Assembly: GCA_003574845.1 (NCBI GenBank)
Contig: NDHY01000002.1
Span: forward strand, 16,317-80,316
Length of the DNA: 64,000 nt
Source of the DNA: a candidate division NPL-UPA2 bacterium Unc8
GTDB taxonomy: Bacteria > NPL-UPA2
Direction of reading: 5' to 3'
Below the pieces are notes generated by a model. It was given only the letters and a program-made list of their open reading frames with translations. It made no database searches and had not been told where the DNA came from. Of the stretch, positions 1 through 10,850 are shown piece after piece. A program made the position numbers and the translations under genes. The stretch's first letter is position 1. Each line of letters starts with the position of its first letter.

Positions 1-1
1 G

Positions 2-397
2 TCTTCCCTTGTGAGAGTTCCCGGATACAGGCCGGGCAAGGAAGAATCAATGCGCCTTGAAATGCGCAGTCCCGACCCCGCTTGTAATCCCTATCTCACC
101 TTCACGGTAATGCTTGCCGCCGGGCTGGAGGGAATTGAAAAAAATTATAAGCTTCCTCCACCAATAACAAACAACATATTTTCTATGACAGAAGAAGATA
201 GAGAAAAAGCAGGGATAGTATCTCTTCCTGATGACCTCTCGGAAGCAATTAAAATAACTGAGAAAAGCCCTCTGGTGAGAAATGCTCTTGGCGATAAGAT
301 ATTTGATTATTTTATCAAAAATAAGAAGATGGAGTGGGAGGAATACAGGTCACAGGTAACTGAGTATGAATTAAAGAAATACCTTCCGCTGCTATGA
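2..397 (+). CDS. glnA: Glutamine synthetase (type I), C-terminal fragment; 5' end lies upstream of the window
   Basis: ORF 11..397 is open to the window edge in the same frame. Translation (MRSPDPACNPYLTFTVMLAAGLEGI...) matches the conserved C-terminal region of GS-I. Confidence 0.8.
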   Translation, partial: SSLVRVPGYRPGKEESMRLEMRSPDPACNPYLTFTVMLAAGLEGIEKNYKLPPPITNNIFSMTEEDREKAGIVSLPDDLSEAIKITEKSPLVRNALGDKIFDYFIKNKKMEWEEYRSQVTEYELKKYLPLL

Positions 398-1678
398 AGT
401 TGGGAAGAGGTCTTCTATTCGGATCAGTGTTGATTTTTCCCTGATTACTGTTAGCTGGTCAATCAGCTTGAGTGCTCTATGAACATTCTCTTCTTTCGCT
501 TCATCAGTAGTCATAATAATTGGAGTAAAATTATGGTGACTTTCTTCCTTTTGCACTACAGTCTTGATGTTGACCTGATGCTTCCCTAAGAGAGATGCAA
601 TCCGGGCAAGGACACCAGGTTTATTTTCTGCATTAAAACGGATATAGTACTTAAATTTTACCGAATTCATTGGTTTTACTGATAATTTCTCTGAAGCTTC
701 CCGCGGCCAGATAGTGCTTTTCCCTTCAGCAATATCAATAAGGTCAGAAATAACGGCGCTGGCTGCCGGAGCACCTCCCGCCCCTTCAGCAAAAGATGCC
801 ACCTGACCTATTGAGCGGTCATTAATTTGAATGCCATTCTCTACCCCTTTTAAAAGAGATAATGGCGCTTCTTCGGGAAGAAGGCAGGGATGCACTCGCG
901 CTTCAATTTTATTACCATCGCGCCTGGCGATGCCCAGTAACCTTATTCTGTATTCCATCTCTCGTGCAAATTGAATATCCTGAAGTGCTATGCCACTTAT
1001 TCCTTCTATGTAGAGCTCATTCATTCCTAAAGTAGTAGCAAACGCCAGCCTGATAAGGATAATCAGCTTGTGAGCCGCATCTACTCCGCCGATGTCCAGC
1101 GATGGATTTTGCTCTGCGTAGCCATATTTCTGCGCTTTTTTTAAAATTTTCTCCATACTTTCATTAGCTTGCTCCATCCCACTCAGAATATAGTTTGAAG
1201 TGCTATTAAAGATGCCGGTGATTGATTGAATTGTGCTGGTGTGAGCCAGATAGTTTAATGTTTCATGGCAACCAGTAATTGCTGCCCTGAATCCCAGGTG
1301 GCAATTGTTTTTTTCCACTTCTCTTGCAATGCAGTTGCCATCCATAGCTAATAATGCTTTGTTTGCAGTAACTACATTCTTTCCAGCTTTAAGCGCTGTG
1401 AGGATTATTTTTTTTGCAGGGGAAACACTGCCTATAAGTTCAATTACGGTGTCTATTTCCGGGTCATTGAGGATGTCATCAGCTAAGGGTGTGAGTATGC
1501 TCTGCGGAACCATTTTTGCCTTCTCGCTATTCAGGTCTATTTCCACAATTCTTTTTAAGTGAAGTTCTATATTATAGCGCCGCTTAAGCTCTCTTCTCCC
1601 TTTTGCCAGTAACCCGACAACCTCACTTCCGACTGTGCCTAATCCAAACAACCCGATACTAAGTTTTCGTTTCTTCAT
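392..1678 (-). CDS. hom: Homoserine dehydrogenase with C-terminal ACT domain
   Basis: 428 aa. N-terminal Rossmann motif GLGTVGSEVV and the typical Hom catalytic region with a C-terminal ACT-like segment. Confidence 0.85.
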   Translation of the reverse strand: MKKRKLSIGLFGLGTVGSEVVGLLAKGRRELKRRYNIELHLKRIVEIDLNSEKAKMVPQSILTPLADDILNDPEIDTVIELIGSVSPAKKIILTALKAGKNVVTANKALLAMDGNCIAREVEKNNCHLGFRAAITGCHETLNYLAHTSTIQSITGIFNSTSNYILSGMEQANESMEKILKKAQKYGYAEQNPSLDIGGVDAAHKLIILIRLAFATTLGMNELYIEGISGIALQDIQFAREMEYRIRLLGIARRDGNKIEARVHPCLLPEEAPLSLLKGVENGIQINDRSIGQVASFAEGAGGAPAASAVISDLIDIAEGKSTIWPREASEKLSVKPMNSVKFKYYIRFNAENKPGVLARIASLLGKHQVNIKTVVQKEESHHNFTPIIMTTDEAKEENVHRALKLIDQLTVIREKSTLIRIEDLFPTS

Positions 1679-1938
1679 TTTCTATTTTCCCTGATAGATA
1701 CTCGTTATTATCTATCAGACAACAAGCAAATGTCAATAAAATCCTTGATACTAAGTTCATACTGTGTTAGTATACAATTCAGATACAGATAGGCTGAAGG
1801 CTGTAGAGATAAATTCAAAAATCAAAAGTCAAAATTACAATGCAAAATGCTATGGGCGTAGTATGTTAGGTGTTAGGCGGTGCGACCCCGATTTGCATCG
1901 GGGCATGTTTATCGCACATTGTTTCTGAAGGCTGAAGA

Positions 1939-3030
1939 ATGAATGATGAGAGATATATGAAAGCTGCCCTGAGGCTAGCGGTAAAGGGAAGAGGATATGT
2001 ATCTCCTAATCCAATGGTGGGAGCAGTTATTGTCTATGACGGGCAAATTGTGGGAAAGGGCTACCATAAAAAAGCAGGGCTCCCTCATGCCGAGATAAAT
2101 GCCTTAAAAGAGTCTGGTGAAGCTGCAAAGGGAGCTACTCTCTATGTAAATCTTGAGCCATGTAATCACCAGGGGAAGACCCCTCCATGCACAGACAAGA
2201 TTATAGAGGCAGGAATAAGCAAGGTAGTGGTAGCAATGGAGGACCCAAATCCGTTAAACTCAGGAGAAGGATTTCGTCGCCTTAAGTCTGCAGGAATAAA
2301 TGTGAAAACAAGCATTCTTGAAAATGAGGCGCGGCAACTGAATGAAGCCTTCATTAAGTTTATCAAAACAGGAGAGCCATTTATCACAGCGAAGATAGCT
2401 ATGAGTCTTGATGGGAAAATTGCTACCCGTACCGGGGAGTCAAAATGGATCACCGGTATAAAGGCGAGAAAGTATGTCCAGAAGCTCCGCTCAGAGGTAG
2501 ATGCCATCCTTGTTGGCATTAACACTATTATTAAAGATGACCCCGGGCTAAAGGCAGGGAACAGAAAAGAAAAGCCAATCAGGATCATTCTTGACAGCCA
2601 GGCAAGAATTCCCCTTAAAGCCAGAGTCCTTACAGGTAGACCAAAAACGATGATTGCTATCACAAAGTATGCTACAATAAGCAAAATAAATGAGCTAAAA
2701 AAAACAGGCGCTGAAGTCCTTATTACTGGCGAGAAGGGAGGGAAAATAGACCTCAAAGAACTTATGAAAAAGTTAGGAAAATTAGGAGTAACCAGTCTCT
2801 TACTTGAGGGTGGAGGAGAGGTTTTATCTTCAGCACTATCGGCAAGAGTGGTTGACAAGGCTCTCTTTTTTATTGCTCCAAAGATAATTGGTGGCAGGGA
2901 TGCTCCTACCACCGTTGGTGGTGAGGGAATAAAAAGTATCAGCGAGGCAGTATCTCTGAAAAGAATTAAGGTAAGGCGATTTGAGGAAGACGTACTGATT
3001 GAAGGATACTGTGTTTACAGGGTTGATTGA
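1939..3030 (+). CDS. ribD: Bifunctional riboflavin biosynthesis deaminase/reductase RibD
   Basis: 363 aa. CMP/dCMP-type deaminase motifs HAEINAL and LEPCNHQGKTPPC, followed by a RibG reductase domain. First gene of a rib operon. Confidence 0.9.
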   Translation: MNDERYMKAALRLAVKGRGYVSPNPMVGAVIVYDGQIVGKGYHKKAGLPHAEINALKESGEAAKGATLYVNLEPCNHQGKTPPCTDKIIEAGISKVVVAMEDPNPLNSGEGFRRLKSAGINVKTSILENEARQLNEAFIKFIKTGEPFITAKIAMSLDGKIATRTGESKWITGIKARKYVQKLRSEVDAILVGINTIIKDDPGLKAGNRKEKPIRIILDSQARIPLKARVLTGRPKTMIAITKYATISKINELKKTGAEVLITGEKGGKIDLKELMKKLGKLGVTSLLLEGGGEVLSSALSARVVDKALFFIAPKIIGGRDAPTTVGGEGIKSISEAVSLKRIKVRRFEEDVLIEGYCVYRVD

Positions 3031-3667
3031 AGAAGTGGGTAAGATAGGGGAGATAAGAAAGGGAAGTGACTCTACCTTTCTTACAGTCAAGGCGTCAGGA
3101 GTGCTGAAAGACATAAAAGTTGGAGATAGTATCTTGATTAACGGGGTATGCCTCACCGTAAAGGTAGTTAATTTAGATTCATTTTCAGTTGATATTATCT
3201 CAGAAACCCTCAAAAGAACTAACTTAGCTATGCTCTCAACGGGAGAGGCGGTAAATCTGGAGCGGGCGATGAAATTAGGTGAACGGTTGGGAGGGCATCT
3301 CCTCAGCGGGCACATTGATGAGGTTGGCACCATAGAGGAAAAGAGGGGAGTGAAGGATAATTTTATCCTCAGGATTAGTGCTTCACAAAAGATAATCAGG
3401 TATATAATTCCTCAGGGCTCAATTGCCATTGATGGAGTAAGTTTAACGGTAGTTGACTGCGGCTATCACAACTTCACTGTGGCAATCATTCCTCATACTG
3501 CACAAGCTACTACATTAGGAGTAAAAAAAAATGGAGAGGCAGTCAATTTGGAGGCAGACCTCATATCAAAATATGCAGAAAAATTATTGGGAAAACAGGG
3601 TGGTAATATTACAAATGATTTTTTGATTAAGCTTGGATATCAAGCAAACCAATCGGAGACCTTTTAA
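2999..3667 (+). CDS. ribE: Riboflavin synthase alpha subunit (true start may be the GTG near 3011)
   Basis: Translation (V)[14 protein letters not shown]... is the canonical riboflavin synthase N-terminus, with two lumazine-binding repeats. Overlaps the ribD stop at 3030. Confidence 0.85.
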   Translation: MKDTVFTGLIEEVGKIGEIRKGSDSTFLTVKASGVLKDIKVGDSILINGVCLTVKVVNLDSFSVDIISETLKRTNLAMLSTGEAVNLERAMKLGERLGGHLLSGHIDEVGTIEEKRGVKDNFILRISASQKIIRYIIPQGSIAIDGVSLTVVDCGYHNFTVAIIPHTAQATTLGVKKNGEAVNLEADLISKYAEKLLGKQGGNITNDFLIKLGYQANQSETF

Positions 3668-3669
3668 CT

Positions 3670-4872
3670 ATGAAATTTAACTCTATTTCTCAAGCTATCA
3701 ACAGTATTCGTCAGGGGAAAATGATCATTATTGTTGATGATGAAAGGCGGGAAGACGAAGGAGACTTGGTTATAGCTGCAGAAAAGGTTACTCCTGAGGT
3801 AATAAATTTTATGGCGAAGCATGGACGGGGGCTTATCTGCCTTCCCATTACAGAGGAGAGATTAAATGAGCTCAGACTTTACCCAATGGTAAGTAATGGC
3901 GGCGATCGCTTTGGAAGTGCCTTCACTGTATCAGTTGATGCAAAAGAAGGGATAACGACAGGCATCTCTGCTTATGACCGGGCATTGACAGTAAAAGCCA
4001 TTGTCAACCCGGAGACAAAGCCGGAGGACCTGGTCAGTCCAGGGCACATTTTCCCCTTAAGAGCTCAGCAAGGAGGAGTGCTCAGGAGAGCCGGGCATAC
4101 TGAAGCCGCTGTTGATTTTGCCTTGCTTGCCGGGTTATATCCTGCCAGTGTGATCTGTGAGATTATGAATGATGATGGTATAATGGCCAGAGGTAAGGAG
4201 CTTATAGAATTTGCCGACAAACATAAACTTCACATTATAACCATTGCTAATATTATTGCCTATCGTCGTCAGACAGAGAAATTGATTAAAAAGGTCCTTA
4301 CTACCGACTTTCCTACAGAGTTTGGTGAATTTAAATTGATTATGTATGAGACAACCATTGACAAAGAACATCACCTTGCTCTTGTCAAAGGAGATGTAAA
4401 TAACAAAAAGGACGTTATGGTCAGGGTTCATTCAGAGTGCCTTACGGGAGACGTTTTTCATTCCAGGAGATGCGACTGTGGAGAGCAATTAACTGAGGCA
4501 TTAAAGAAAATTGCTGATGAGGGGGAAGGAGTTCTAATCTATATGCGGCAGGAAGGTAGAGGAGTTGGACTTCTCAACAAACTGCGCGCCTATGTGCTCC
4601 AGGATGATGGGCTGGATACCGTAGAGGCAAATAAGAAGTTAGGATTTGAGTCTGACTTAAGAGATTATGGAATTGGGGCGCAGATACTGGCTGATATTGG
4701 TCTATCAACAATCAGGCTGCTTACCAATAATCCCAAAAAGATTGTCGGGCTGGAGGGGTATGGACTTAAGGTGGTGAAAAGAATTCCCATTGAAATTCAC
4801 CCTCATGAGTTTAACCGGAAATACCTGATGACAAAGAAAGTAAAATTTGGTCACTTTCTGAAAGTTCATTGA
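3670..4872 (+). CDS. ribBA: Bifunctional 3,4-dihydroxy-2-butanone-4-phosphate synthase / GTP cyclohydrolase II
   Basis: 400 aa. DHBP synthase N-half (RREDEGDLV) and GTP cyclohydrolase II C-half ([20 protein letters not shown]). Confidence 0.9.
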   Translation: MKFNSISQAINSIRQGKMIIIVDDERREDEGDLVIAAEKVTPEVINFMAKHGRGLICLPITEERLNELRLYPMVSNGGDRFGSAFTVSVDAKEGITTGISAYDRALTVKAIVNPETKPEDLVSPGHIFPLRAQQGGVLRRAGHTEAAVDFALLAGLYPASVICEIMNDDGIMARGKELIEFADKHKLHIITIANIIAYRRQTEKLIKKVLTTDFPTEFGEFKLIMYETTIDKEHHLALVKGDVNNKKDVMVRVHSECLTGDVFHSRRCDCGEQLTEALKKIADEGEGVLIYMRQEGRGVGLLNKLRAYVLQDDGLDTVEANKKLGFESDLRDYGIGAQILADIGLSTIRLLTNNPKKIVGLEGYGLKVVKRIPIEIHPHEFNRKYLMTKKVKFGHFLKVH

Positions 4873-4907
4873 AATAAAGGCGCAAAGGCACAAAGGGGAG
4901 GTAAATT

Positions 4908-5375
4908 ATGGTAAAGGTAATGAAAGGGCAGTTAGTTGTCACAGGGAAGAAATTTGGAATAGTGGGAGCAAGGTTTAACGAATTGATTACTGAAAAACTC
5001 ATTGATGGAGCCATTGATACTCTAATGAGACACGGCGCGAAGGAAAAAGAGATAGAAGTGGTCTGGGCTCCTGGCTCATTTGAAATTCCTTATGTAGCGC
5101 AGAAGATGGTGAAAAGCGGCAGGTATGATGCTGTTATCTGTCTCGGGGCAGTTATCAGAGGAGCAACACCACATTTCGAATATATTGCCAGCGAAGTTGC
5201 CAAAGGAATAGCAAATATTTCGCTTGATACCGGTGTCCCGACAATCTTTGGAATTATTACTGCCGATAATTTAGAACAGGCATTAGAAAGGGCAGGAGTA
5301 AAATCAGGGAACAAAGGAAGAGATGCTGCTCTTTCAGCCATTGAAATGGTAAACCTGTTTGAAGAAATGAAATAG
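4908..5375 (+). CDS. ribH: 6,7-dimethyl-8-ribityllumazine synthase
   Basis: 155 aa, GIVGARFNE...[18 protein letters not shown] is a typical RibH. GGGAGGT Shine-Dalgarno sequence upstream. Confidence 0.9.
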   Translation: MVKVMKGQLVVTGKKFGIVGARFNELITEKLIDGAIDTLMRHGAKEKEIEVVWAPGSFEIPYVAQKMVKSGRYDAVICLGAVIRGATPHFEYIASEVAKGIANISLDTGVPTIFGIITADNLEQALERAGVKSGNKGRDAALSAIEMVNLFEEMK

Positions 5376-5377
5376 AG

Positions 5378-5800
5378 ATGGGCAGGCGCAGGCAGGCACG
5401 GGAGCTGGCACTGCAGGCTCTATATGAAATGGAGTTCAATAATATAGAGACAACTGTGGCGTTGACTAATTTCTGGAAGAGTCATCACTGTGGCAATGAA
5501 GTACGGGAGTTTGCAGATAAGCTGATTAATGGAACAAAAGAGAATTTACGCTCCATTGATGCTACTATCTCAAGTTATGCTGACAATTGGGAACTTAAAA
5601 GAATGGCTGTCGTAGATAAGAATATTTTAAGGTATGCCACCTATGAACTTCTTTTTATGGATGACATTCCTCCTGTAGTAACAATAAATGAGGCAGTTGA
5701 GATTGCCAAAAAGTTTTCCACTGAAGACTCTGGTGGATTTATTAATGGAATCCTTGATCGGATAAAAAAGATACATTATAAAGATAAAAATGGCAACTGA
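5378..5800 (+). CDS. nusB: Transcription antitermination factor NusB
   Basis: 140 aa with ARELALQALYEMEF, the NusB family signature. Classic position after ribH. Confidence 0.85.
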   Translation: MGRRRQARELALQALYEMEFNNIETTVALTNFWKSHHCGNEVREFADKLINGTKENLRSIDATISSYADNWELKRMAVVDKNILRYATYELLFMDDIPPVVTINEAVEIAKKFSTEDSGGFINGILDRIKKIHYKDKNGN

Positions 5801-6647
5801 AGCCTACGTTGATCTTCACCTCCACACTAACTTCTCCGATGGAACATTTTCTCCGAAAGAGGTCGTGGAACGCTCCATCAAGTGCGGACTGAGAGCAATC
5901 AGCATTACCGACCACGACAACACTGACGGGATTGCTCCGGCTATATCTGCCGCAAGAGGGTCCGGCCTGGAGATAGTCCCTGGAGTGGAGCTCTCCGCCG
6001 ATGGAAAGAATAATCAGGAAATGCACATTCTTGGTTATTATATCCAGTGGGAAAATAATCGGCTTCAGGATGAGTTAAGAAATCTTCAGGATACAAGGCA
6101 ATTACGCGCTAAAAAAATGCTCGGGCGGCTGGGACAACTAAAAATAAATATTCCTTTCAGGGAGGTGGAAGAACTTGCCGCTGGTGGGGTTCCAGGCAGG
6201 CTTCATATTGCCAGGCTTATGCTTCAACACGGTTATGTTTCCTCTACCGACGAGGCATTTGACAGATACATCGGCAATGGAAAGAGAGCTTACATTAAGA
6301 AGCATCGCCTCTCCTCACAGGAAGCAATAGAGCTCATCAGGGCTGTAGGGGGAATTCCTGTTCTTGCCCATCCACATCTTCTGTCCAATATCTCCAGCAC
6401 GGTCGCCAATCTCCTCGTTGAGGGGCTCATGGGGATAGAAGCATACTGCAATTGCCGCTGCCCTGGACCCTCACAGCAATATCTTAAACTTGCTAAAAAA
6501 CATCATCTGATTTCCACGGGTGGCTCTGATTGCCATGGACTGGCAAAAAATGAAGTTTTAATGGGGAAAACAAAAACACCTTACTCTACACTCAAAGAAT
6601 TAAAGAATGCCCTTAATTCCCACCGCGCTCTCCAGCGGTCCAATTAG
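5790..6647 (+). CDS. PHP-domain (polymerase/histidinol phosphatase) family phosphoesterase, TrpH/YciV-like
   Basis: Begins VDLHLHTNFSDGT, the PHP metal-binding motif. 285 aa. Confidence 0.7.
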   Translation: MATEAYVDLHLHTNFSDGTFSPKEVVERSIKCGLRAISITDHDNTDGIAPAISAARGSGLEIVPGVELSADGKNNQEMHILGYYIQWENNRLQDELRNLQDTRQLRAKKMLGRLGQLKINIPFREVEELAAGGVPGRLHIARLMLQHGYVSSTDEAFDRYIGNGKRAYIKKHRLSSQEAIELIRAVGGIPVLAHPHLLSNISSTVANLLVEGLMGIEAYCNCRCPGPSQQYLKLAKKHHLISTGGSDCHGLAKNEVLMGKTKTPYSTLKELKNALNSHRALQRSN

Positions 6648-7856
6648 AGCTAAATTTAAATTTTCATTCACAAAAACCCTGTTGGCTATTCTCTGCACAT
6701 CCTCTGCTTTTATTCTCTTGATTTTTTCCGTAACCTCAACAGGAGTAAGTGTCTTCTCCAAAAGGAGTTTATTTTCTCCCAGCCAGTGCATGTAAGCAGA
6801 GGTGCTCTCAAGACCAAGGACAATCTGTCCAGTAATAAATTCCTTTGCTCGTTCAAGCTCCTCATGAGAGACCGTCTCTTCTTTAAACCTACGCATCTCC
6901 TTTAAAATTATACTCACAGCTTCAGAGACTTTTCTGTTGTCAACTCCTGCAGAGATAACCAGCACACCAGTATCATAAAACCCGCTAATGCTTGAGTGAA
7001 TCTCATAAGCAAGCCCTCTTTTCTCCCTTACTTCATTAAAGAGTCTTGAACTCATATTCCCACCAAGAATTGTATTAAGCACCATAGCGGCATATTTGTC
7101 TGGATGGTCTCTACGAAGCGCTCTTCCTCCAAGACAGAGGTGCGTCTGCTCAGTATCCTTTGTTTTAACTTTTACCTCAGGCTCCGATTGCTTCTCCACC
7201 ACACTACTGAAGTGGTTACGTTGACCATCGGGAAGAGGTGAAAAAGCACTCTCTACTTTACTAACTATTTCTTCGTGGTTAATGTTTCCAGAAACAGCAA
7301 CCACTATATTAGCCGAATTATAGAGCTTGTTTTTATAGTCAAATATTTCGCCTCTTTTCAGCGAAGTAATCACTTCTTCTCTTCCGACAATCATAAAACC
7401 CAATGGCTGCTCTGGCCAGAGAAGTTCATCAAAAAGAGCATGAACGTATGCGGAAGGAAAGTCACGGTACATTTTAATCTCCTCCAGTATAACCATTCTT
7501 TCCCGTTCAATATGCTCATCCTCTAATAACGGATTAAGAATCATATCGGAGAGGACATTAATGGCTATGGGAAGATGGCGACTCATTACTCGTGCCAGAT
7601 AGCAAGTTGCCTCCTCGGAAGTAAAAGCATTGAGACTCCCACCCCTTCCTTCAATTTCTTCTTTAATTTGATAATGTGTCCTTTTTTGTGTTCCCTTAAA
7701 CAGCAGATGTTCAAGAAAGTGAGAGATGCCATTGTTTTCTCTTGTCTCAAATCTTCCTCCTGCTCTTATCCAGAAACCAATGCTCGCCGATGCGCTTTGC
7801 GGCATTCTATGAGTGATAATTGCAAGCCCACCACTCAAAGTTGTTTCCGAATACAC
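6600..7856 (-). CDS. M16 family (pitrilysin-like) zinc peptidase
   Basis: 418 aa with the inverted zinc motif HFLEHLLFKGT near the N-terminus. Confidence 0.75.
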   Translation of the reverse strand: MYSETTLSGGLAIITHRMPQSASASIGFWIRAGGRFETRENNGISHFLEHLLFKGTQKRTHYQIKEEIEGRGGSLNAFTSEEATCYLARVMSRHLPIAINVLSDMILNPLLEDEHIERERMVILEEIKMYRDFPSAYVHALFDELLWPEQPLGFMIVGREEVITSLKRGEIFDYKNKLYNSANIVVAVSGNINHEEIVSKVESAFSPLPDGQRNHFSSVVEKQSEPEVKVKTKDTEQTHLCLGGRALRRDHPDKYAAMVLNTILGGNMSSRLFNEVREKRGLAYEIHSSISGFYDTGVLVISAGVDNRKVSEAVSIILKEMRRFKEETVSHEELERAKEFITGQIVLGLESTSAYMHWLGENKLLLEKTLTPVEVTEKIKRIKAEDVQRIANRVFVNENLNLALIGPLESAVGIKGIL

Positions 7857-7866
7857 TGGTTCCCTC

Positions 7867-10305
7867 CTAAATCACAATATTTACTAATTTTCCCCGGGCA
7901 ACAATAACTTTTTTCACTTCTTTCCCGGCAAGCCATTTTTGAATGCGCTTATCATTGAGAGCATTTTCTCTTAAAACTTCCTCACTTGAGTTAGCAGGAA
8001 GTGTAATTCTTCCTCTTACTCTGCCATTGACCTGGATGATAACAGTTACTTCCTCTTCCTCAAGCGCCGTTCTGTCATAGGAAAGCCAGCGCTCATCAAA
8101 AACACTTCTCTTATGACCCGCCATTGTCCAGAGCTCCTCTCCAAGATGAGGAGCGAACGGTGCAATAAGAAGAAAAAGAGTTTCCATCTCTTTCTGCCAG
8201 TCGGATAGGACAATCTGCCGGCGCGCCTTTGCCAAATAGTTAACATACTCCATCAAGGCGCTAATTGCCGTATTGAAGTGAAATCTTTCCATCTCAGCGG
8301 TAACTCTTTTTATTGTATGGTGCTTTATCCTTTTTAACTCCTGAGAATTAGCCGTTATCTTCTGATGGTGACAGTCCTCACTTGCCATTTTCCAGATGCG
8401 GGTAAGGAAGCGGGAAATTCCCCTTATTCCATTATCATTCCATTCACCGCCTTCTTCGTATGGTCCCATAAACATAAGATACATCCTGAGGACATCAGAA
8501 CCATACTGATTGATTAGAGCGTCCGGATTGACAACATTTCCCCGCGACTTGGACATCTTTACACCTTTGTTTGTAATCACTCCCTGATGAACCAGTCTCA
8601 TAAAAGGCTCATCAAAATGAATTAACTTGAGGTCATAGAGAGCTCTGGTGATAAAGCGGGCATAGAGAAGGTGGAGTACTGCGTGCTCAGCCCCGCCAAC
8701 ATAGTGGTCTACCGGCAGCCAGTTTTTTACTGCTTTCGGGTCAAATGCCCCCTTTTCATAGTGAGGGCTTGGGAACCTCAGATAATACCAGGATGAACAG
8801 ACAAAAGTGTCCATCGTATCTACTTCGCGACGCGCTTTCTTTCCGCATTGAGGGCAGGGGGTATTGACAAAATCCGGAATGCTTGACAGAGGAGACTCTC
8901 CACTGCCATGTGTTTTTTTTAGGTCAATTTCAGATGGCAGGAGAACAGGAAGGTCATCTTCAGAAACAGGCACTTCTCCACAGGACTTGCAGTAAATTAT
9001 CGGTATTGGAGCGCCCCAATATCTCTGCCGCGAGATAAGCCAGTCACGCAGCCTGTAATTAATCTTCCGTTTCCCTTTTCCTTCTTTCTCCAGGCAATCA
9101 GCAATCCTTTCCCTGCCATCTCTGGATAAGAGTTCATTAAAGGAGCCGGAGTTAACCATTTTTCCTTCTCCAGTATATGCCTGCTCATTATTAGGGGCTT
9201 TCTCTGGAACAATTACCTGTCTGATAGGAAGATTAAATTTTTTAGCGAACTCAAAATCTCGCTGGTCATGGGCGGGAACCGCCATAACTGCCCCGGTACC
9301 ATAAGAGGTGAGGACATAATCAGCTATCCAGATGGGAATTCTCTCTCCACTTAATGGATGAGTAGCATAGCTGCCGGTAAAGATGCCTGTTTTCTCTCTG
9401 ATGATGGAGGCTCTTTCAATCTCAGTTTCCATTTTTGCCTCCTCAACGTATGCAGCAACTTTTTCTTTTCTTGAGTGAACAGTTAACTCATTCACCAGAG
9501 GATACTCAGGGGCAAGCACCAGATAAGTAACACCAAAAAGTGTATCAGCGCGAGTAGTAAAGACATCTATTGTCTTACTGCTTCTCTCAACAAAAAAGCT
9601 CATTTCTACCCCTTCACTCCTACCAATCCAATTTTTTTGCATAAGAACTGTCTTTTCCGGCCAGTCTATTTTCTTATACCCATGGAGGAGAGCGTCAGCA
9701 TACCTGGTGATTTTGAAGAACCACTGCACAAGGTCCTTTTTTGTTACTGCGGAACTGCATCTTTCACATCTTCCATCAATTACCTGTTCGTTAGCAAGGA
9801 CGGTATGGCATTTGGGGCACCAGTTGACCGGAGCTTTCTTGCGATAGGCAAGTCCATTTTTGTAAAGCTTTAAGAAAAGCCATTGTGTCCACCGGTAGTA
9901 CTGTGGAGAGCTGGTATCTATTTCTTTATCCTCAAAGTCATACATTGCCCCAATTGCCTTGAGTTGTTGTCTGATTTGCTTGATGTTTTCTGCTGTTGAA
10001 TGAGCAGGATGGACGCCTTTTTCAATGGCATAATTTTCTGCCGGCAGCCCGAAAGCATCGTATCCCATCGGTTCAAATACCCGGAATCCCTGCATTTTTT
10101 TATATCTTGCCCATGTATCCGTCGGACCATAGTTATACCAGTGCCCAATATGCAATTTATCAGAGGAAGGATAGTTAAACATAACAAGACAGTAGTACTT
10201 GTGCCTCTCCGGATGAGAAGTATCAATCCGGTGCGTGCCGCTTTCTTCCCACCGCCTTTGCCACTTTGCTTCAATCTCTTTAAACGGATACATAACCAGT
10301 CTCAT
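7867..10305 (-). CDS. leuS: Leucyl-tRNA synthetase
   Basis: 812 aa with HIGH-type motif (HIGHWYNY) and KMSKS. The LeuS-like 'MYPFKEIEAKWQRRW' begins at the fifth codon, so the true start may be 10293. Confidence 0.95.
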   Translation of the reverse strand: MRLVMYPFKEIEAKWQRRWEESGTHRIDTSHPERHKYYCLVMFNYPSSDKLHIGHWYNYGPTDTWARYKKMQGFRVFEPMGYDAFGLPAENYAIEKGVHPAHSTAENIKQIRQQLKAIGAMYDFEDKEIDTSSPQYYRWTQWLFLKLYKNGLAYRKKAPVNWCPKCHTVLANEQVIDGRCERCSSAVTKKDLVQWFFKITRYADALLHGYKKIDWPEKTVLMQKNWIGRSEGVEMSFFVERSSKTIDVFTTRADTLFGVTYLVLAPEYPLVNELTVHSRKEKVAAYVEEAKMETEIERASIIREKTGIFTGSYATHPLSGERIPIWIADYVLTSYGTGAVMAVPAHDQRDFEFAKKFNLPIRQVIVPEKAPNNEQAYTGEGKMVNSGSFNELLSRDGRERIADCLEKEGKGKRKINYRLRDWLISRQRYWGAPIPIIYCKSCGEVPVSEDDLPVLLPSEIDLKKTHGSGESPLSSIPDFVNTPCPQCGKKARREVDTMDTFVCSSWYYLRFPSPHYEKGAFDPKAVKNWLPVDHYVGGAEHAVLHLLYARFITRALYDLKLIHFDEPFMRLVHQGVITNKGVKMSKSRGNVVNPDALINQYGSDVLRMYLMFMGPYEEGGEWNDNGIRGISRFLTRIWKMASEDCHHQKITANSQELKRIKHHTIKRVTAEMERFHFNTAISALMEYVNYLAKARRQIVLSDWQKEMETLFLLIAPFAPHLGEELWTMAGHKRSVFDERWLSYDRTALEEEEVTVIIQVNGRVRGRITLPANSSEEVLRENALNDKRIQKWLAGKEVKKVIVARGKLVNIVI

Positions 10306-10306
10306 C

Positions 10307-10365
10307 TCTCTACTCTCTACTTATTTTGCATTTTGCATTTTTGATTTTCTTTGTGCCTCTGTGCC
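10307..10365. repeat. Modular dispersed repeat, copy 1: TCTCTACTCTCTAC + (TTTTGCA)n heptamer array + CTTTGTGCCTCTGTGCC, abutting the leuS start codon
   Basis: Direct reading. Same flanks and architecture as the copies at 46719-46783 (reverse orientation) and 55440-55522. Confidence 0.8.
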
Positions 10366-10400
10366 TTGTTTAAGTTTAATCTCACTTATTTTGATGTGGA

Positions 10401-10796
10401 TTAAAAGGATTTTTCTGCCCGGGGAGGGCCGAGAATCTCAGAGAGGACAATGCCATGACGAATTAAATCAAGATTCATCTCCTCTTTAAGTAACCTTTTC
10501 TTTTCACCAGCAATGATATCCTCTCGTGTTACCACCGGCCGTCGGCGAGGCTGTGGTGGAAAAGGGGGCTGCGGAAGGGGAACCGGCTGTGGTGGACGGG
10601 ATACCTCAGCCTTAGTTGGAGTTGGTATCACCGGTTGGGGTTGTTCCTCATCTGAGAATACTCCAAGGAGCCGTTCCAGTACCTGGTTTTTTTCTTCTCC
10701 CGGCTCTTCTTTCTCAGGTATCTTCTTCTTCGCTATAGAAGAGATTATTGAAAGAAGAATAATTATAACCCAGAAGATTAATACCAAATGTTCCAT
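10401..10796 (-). CDS. Hypothetical membrane-anchored proline-rich protein, last gene of the floA operon
   Basis: 131 aa. N-terminal transmembrane helix followed by PQPVPLPQPPFPPQP. No recognisable family. Confidence 0.4.
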   Translation of the reverse strand: MEHLVLIFWVIIILLSIISSIAKKKIPEKEEPGEEKNQVLERLLGVFSDEEQPQPVIPTPTKAEVSRPPQPVPLPQPPFPPQPRRRPVVTREDIIAGEKKRLLKEEMNLDLIRHGIVLSEILGPPRAEKSF

Positions 10797-10850
10797 TATA
10801 TCTCCTGTCTACTTCAGGTTGTTTTACCTGCAGCCTATTAGCCTAACAGT

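Noticed and set aside
1679-1938. Possible FMN (RFN) riboswitch upstream of ribD
   Set aside because: The 260-bp gap has a nested hairpin (GTGCGA/CCCCGAT...ATCGGGG/TCGCAC) but none of the RFN hallmarks (GGAUUC, CCGACAG, AGUCUGGAUG). It looks instead like a degenerate copy of the modular repeat (gtagaga, caaaaNt units, tatgggcgtag).
2166-3333. Minus-strand ORFs (248 aa and 165 aa) inside ribD/ribE, and similar antisense ORFs throughout (for example 1305..1562, 12868..13311, 19732..20250, 20386..20883, 23415..24032, 37620..37973)
   Set aside because: All are antisense to confidently identified genes, low-complexity and without recognisable motifs. Treated as shadow ORFs.
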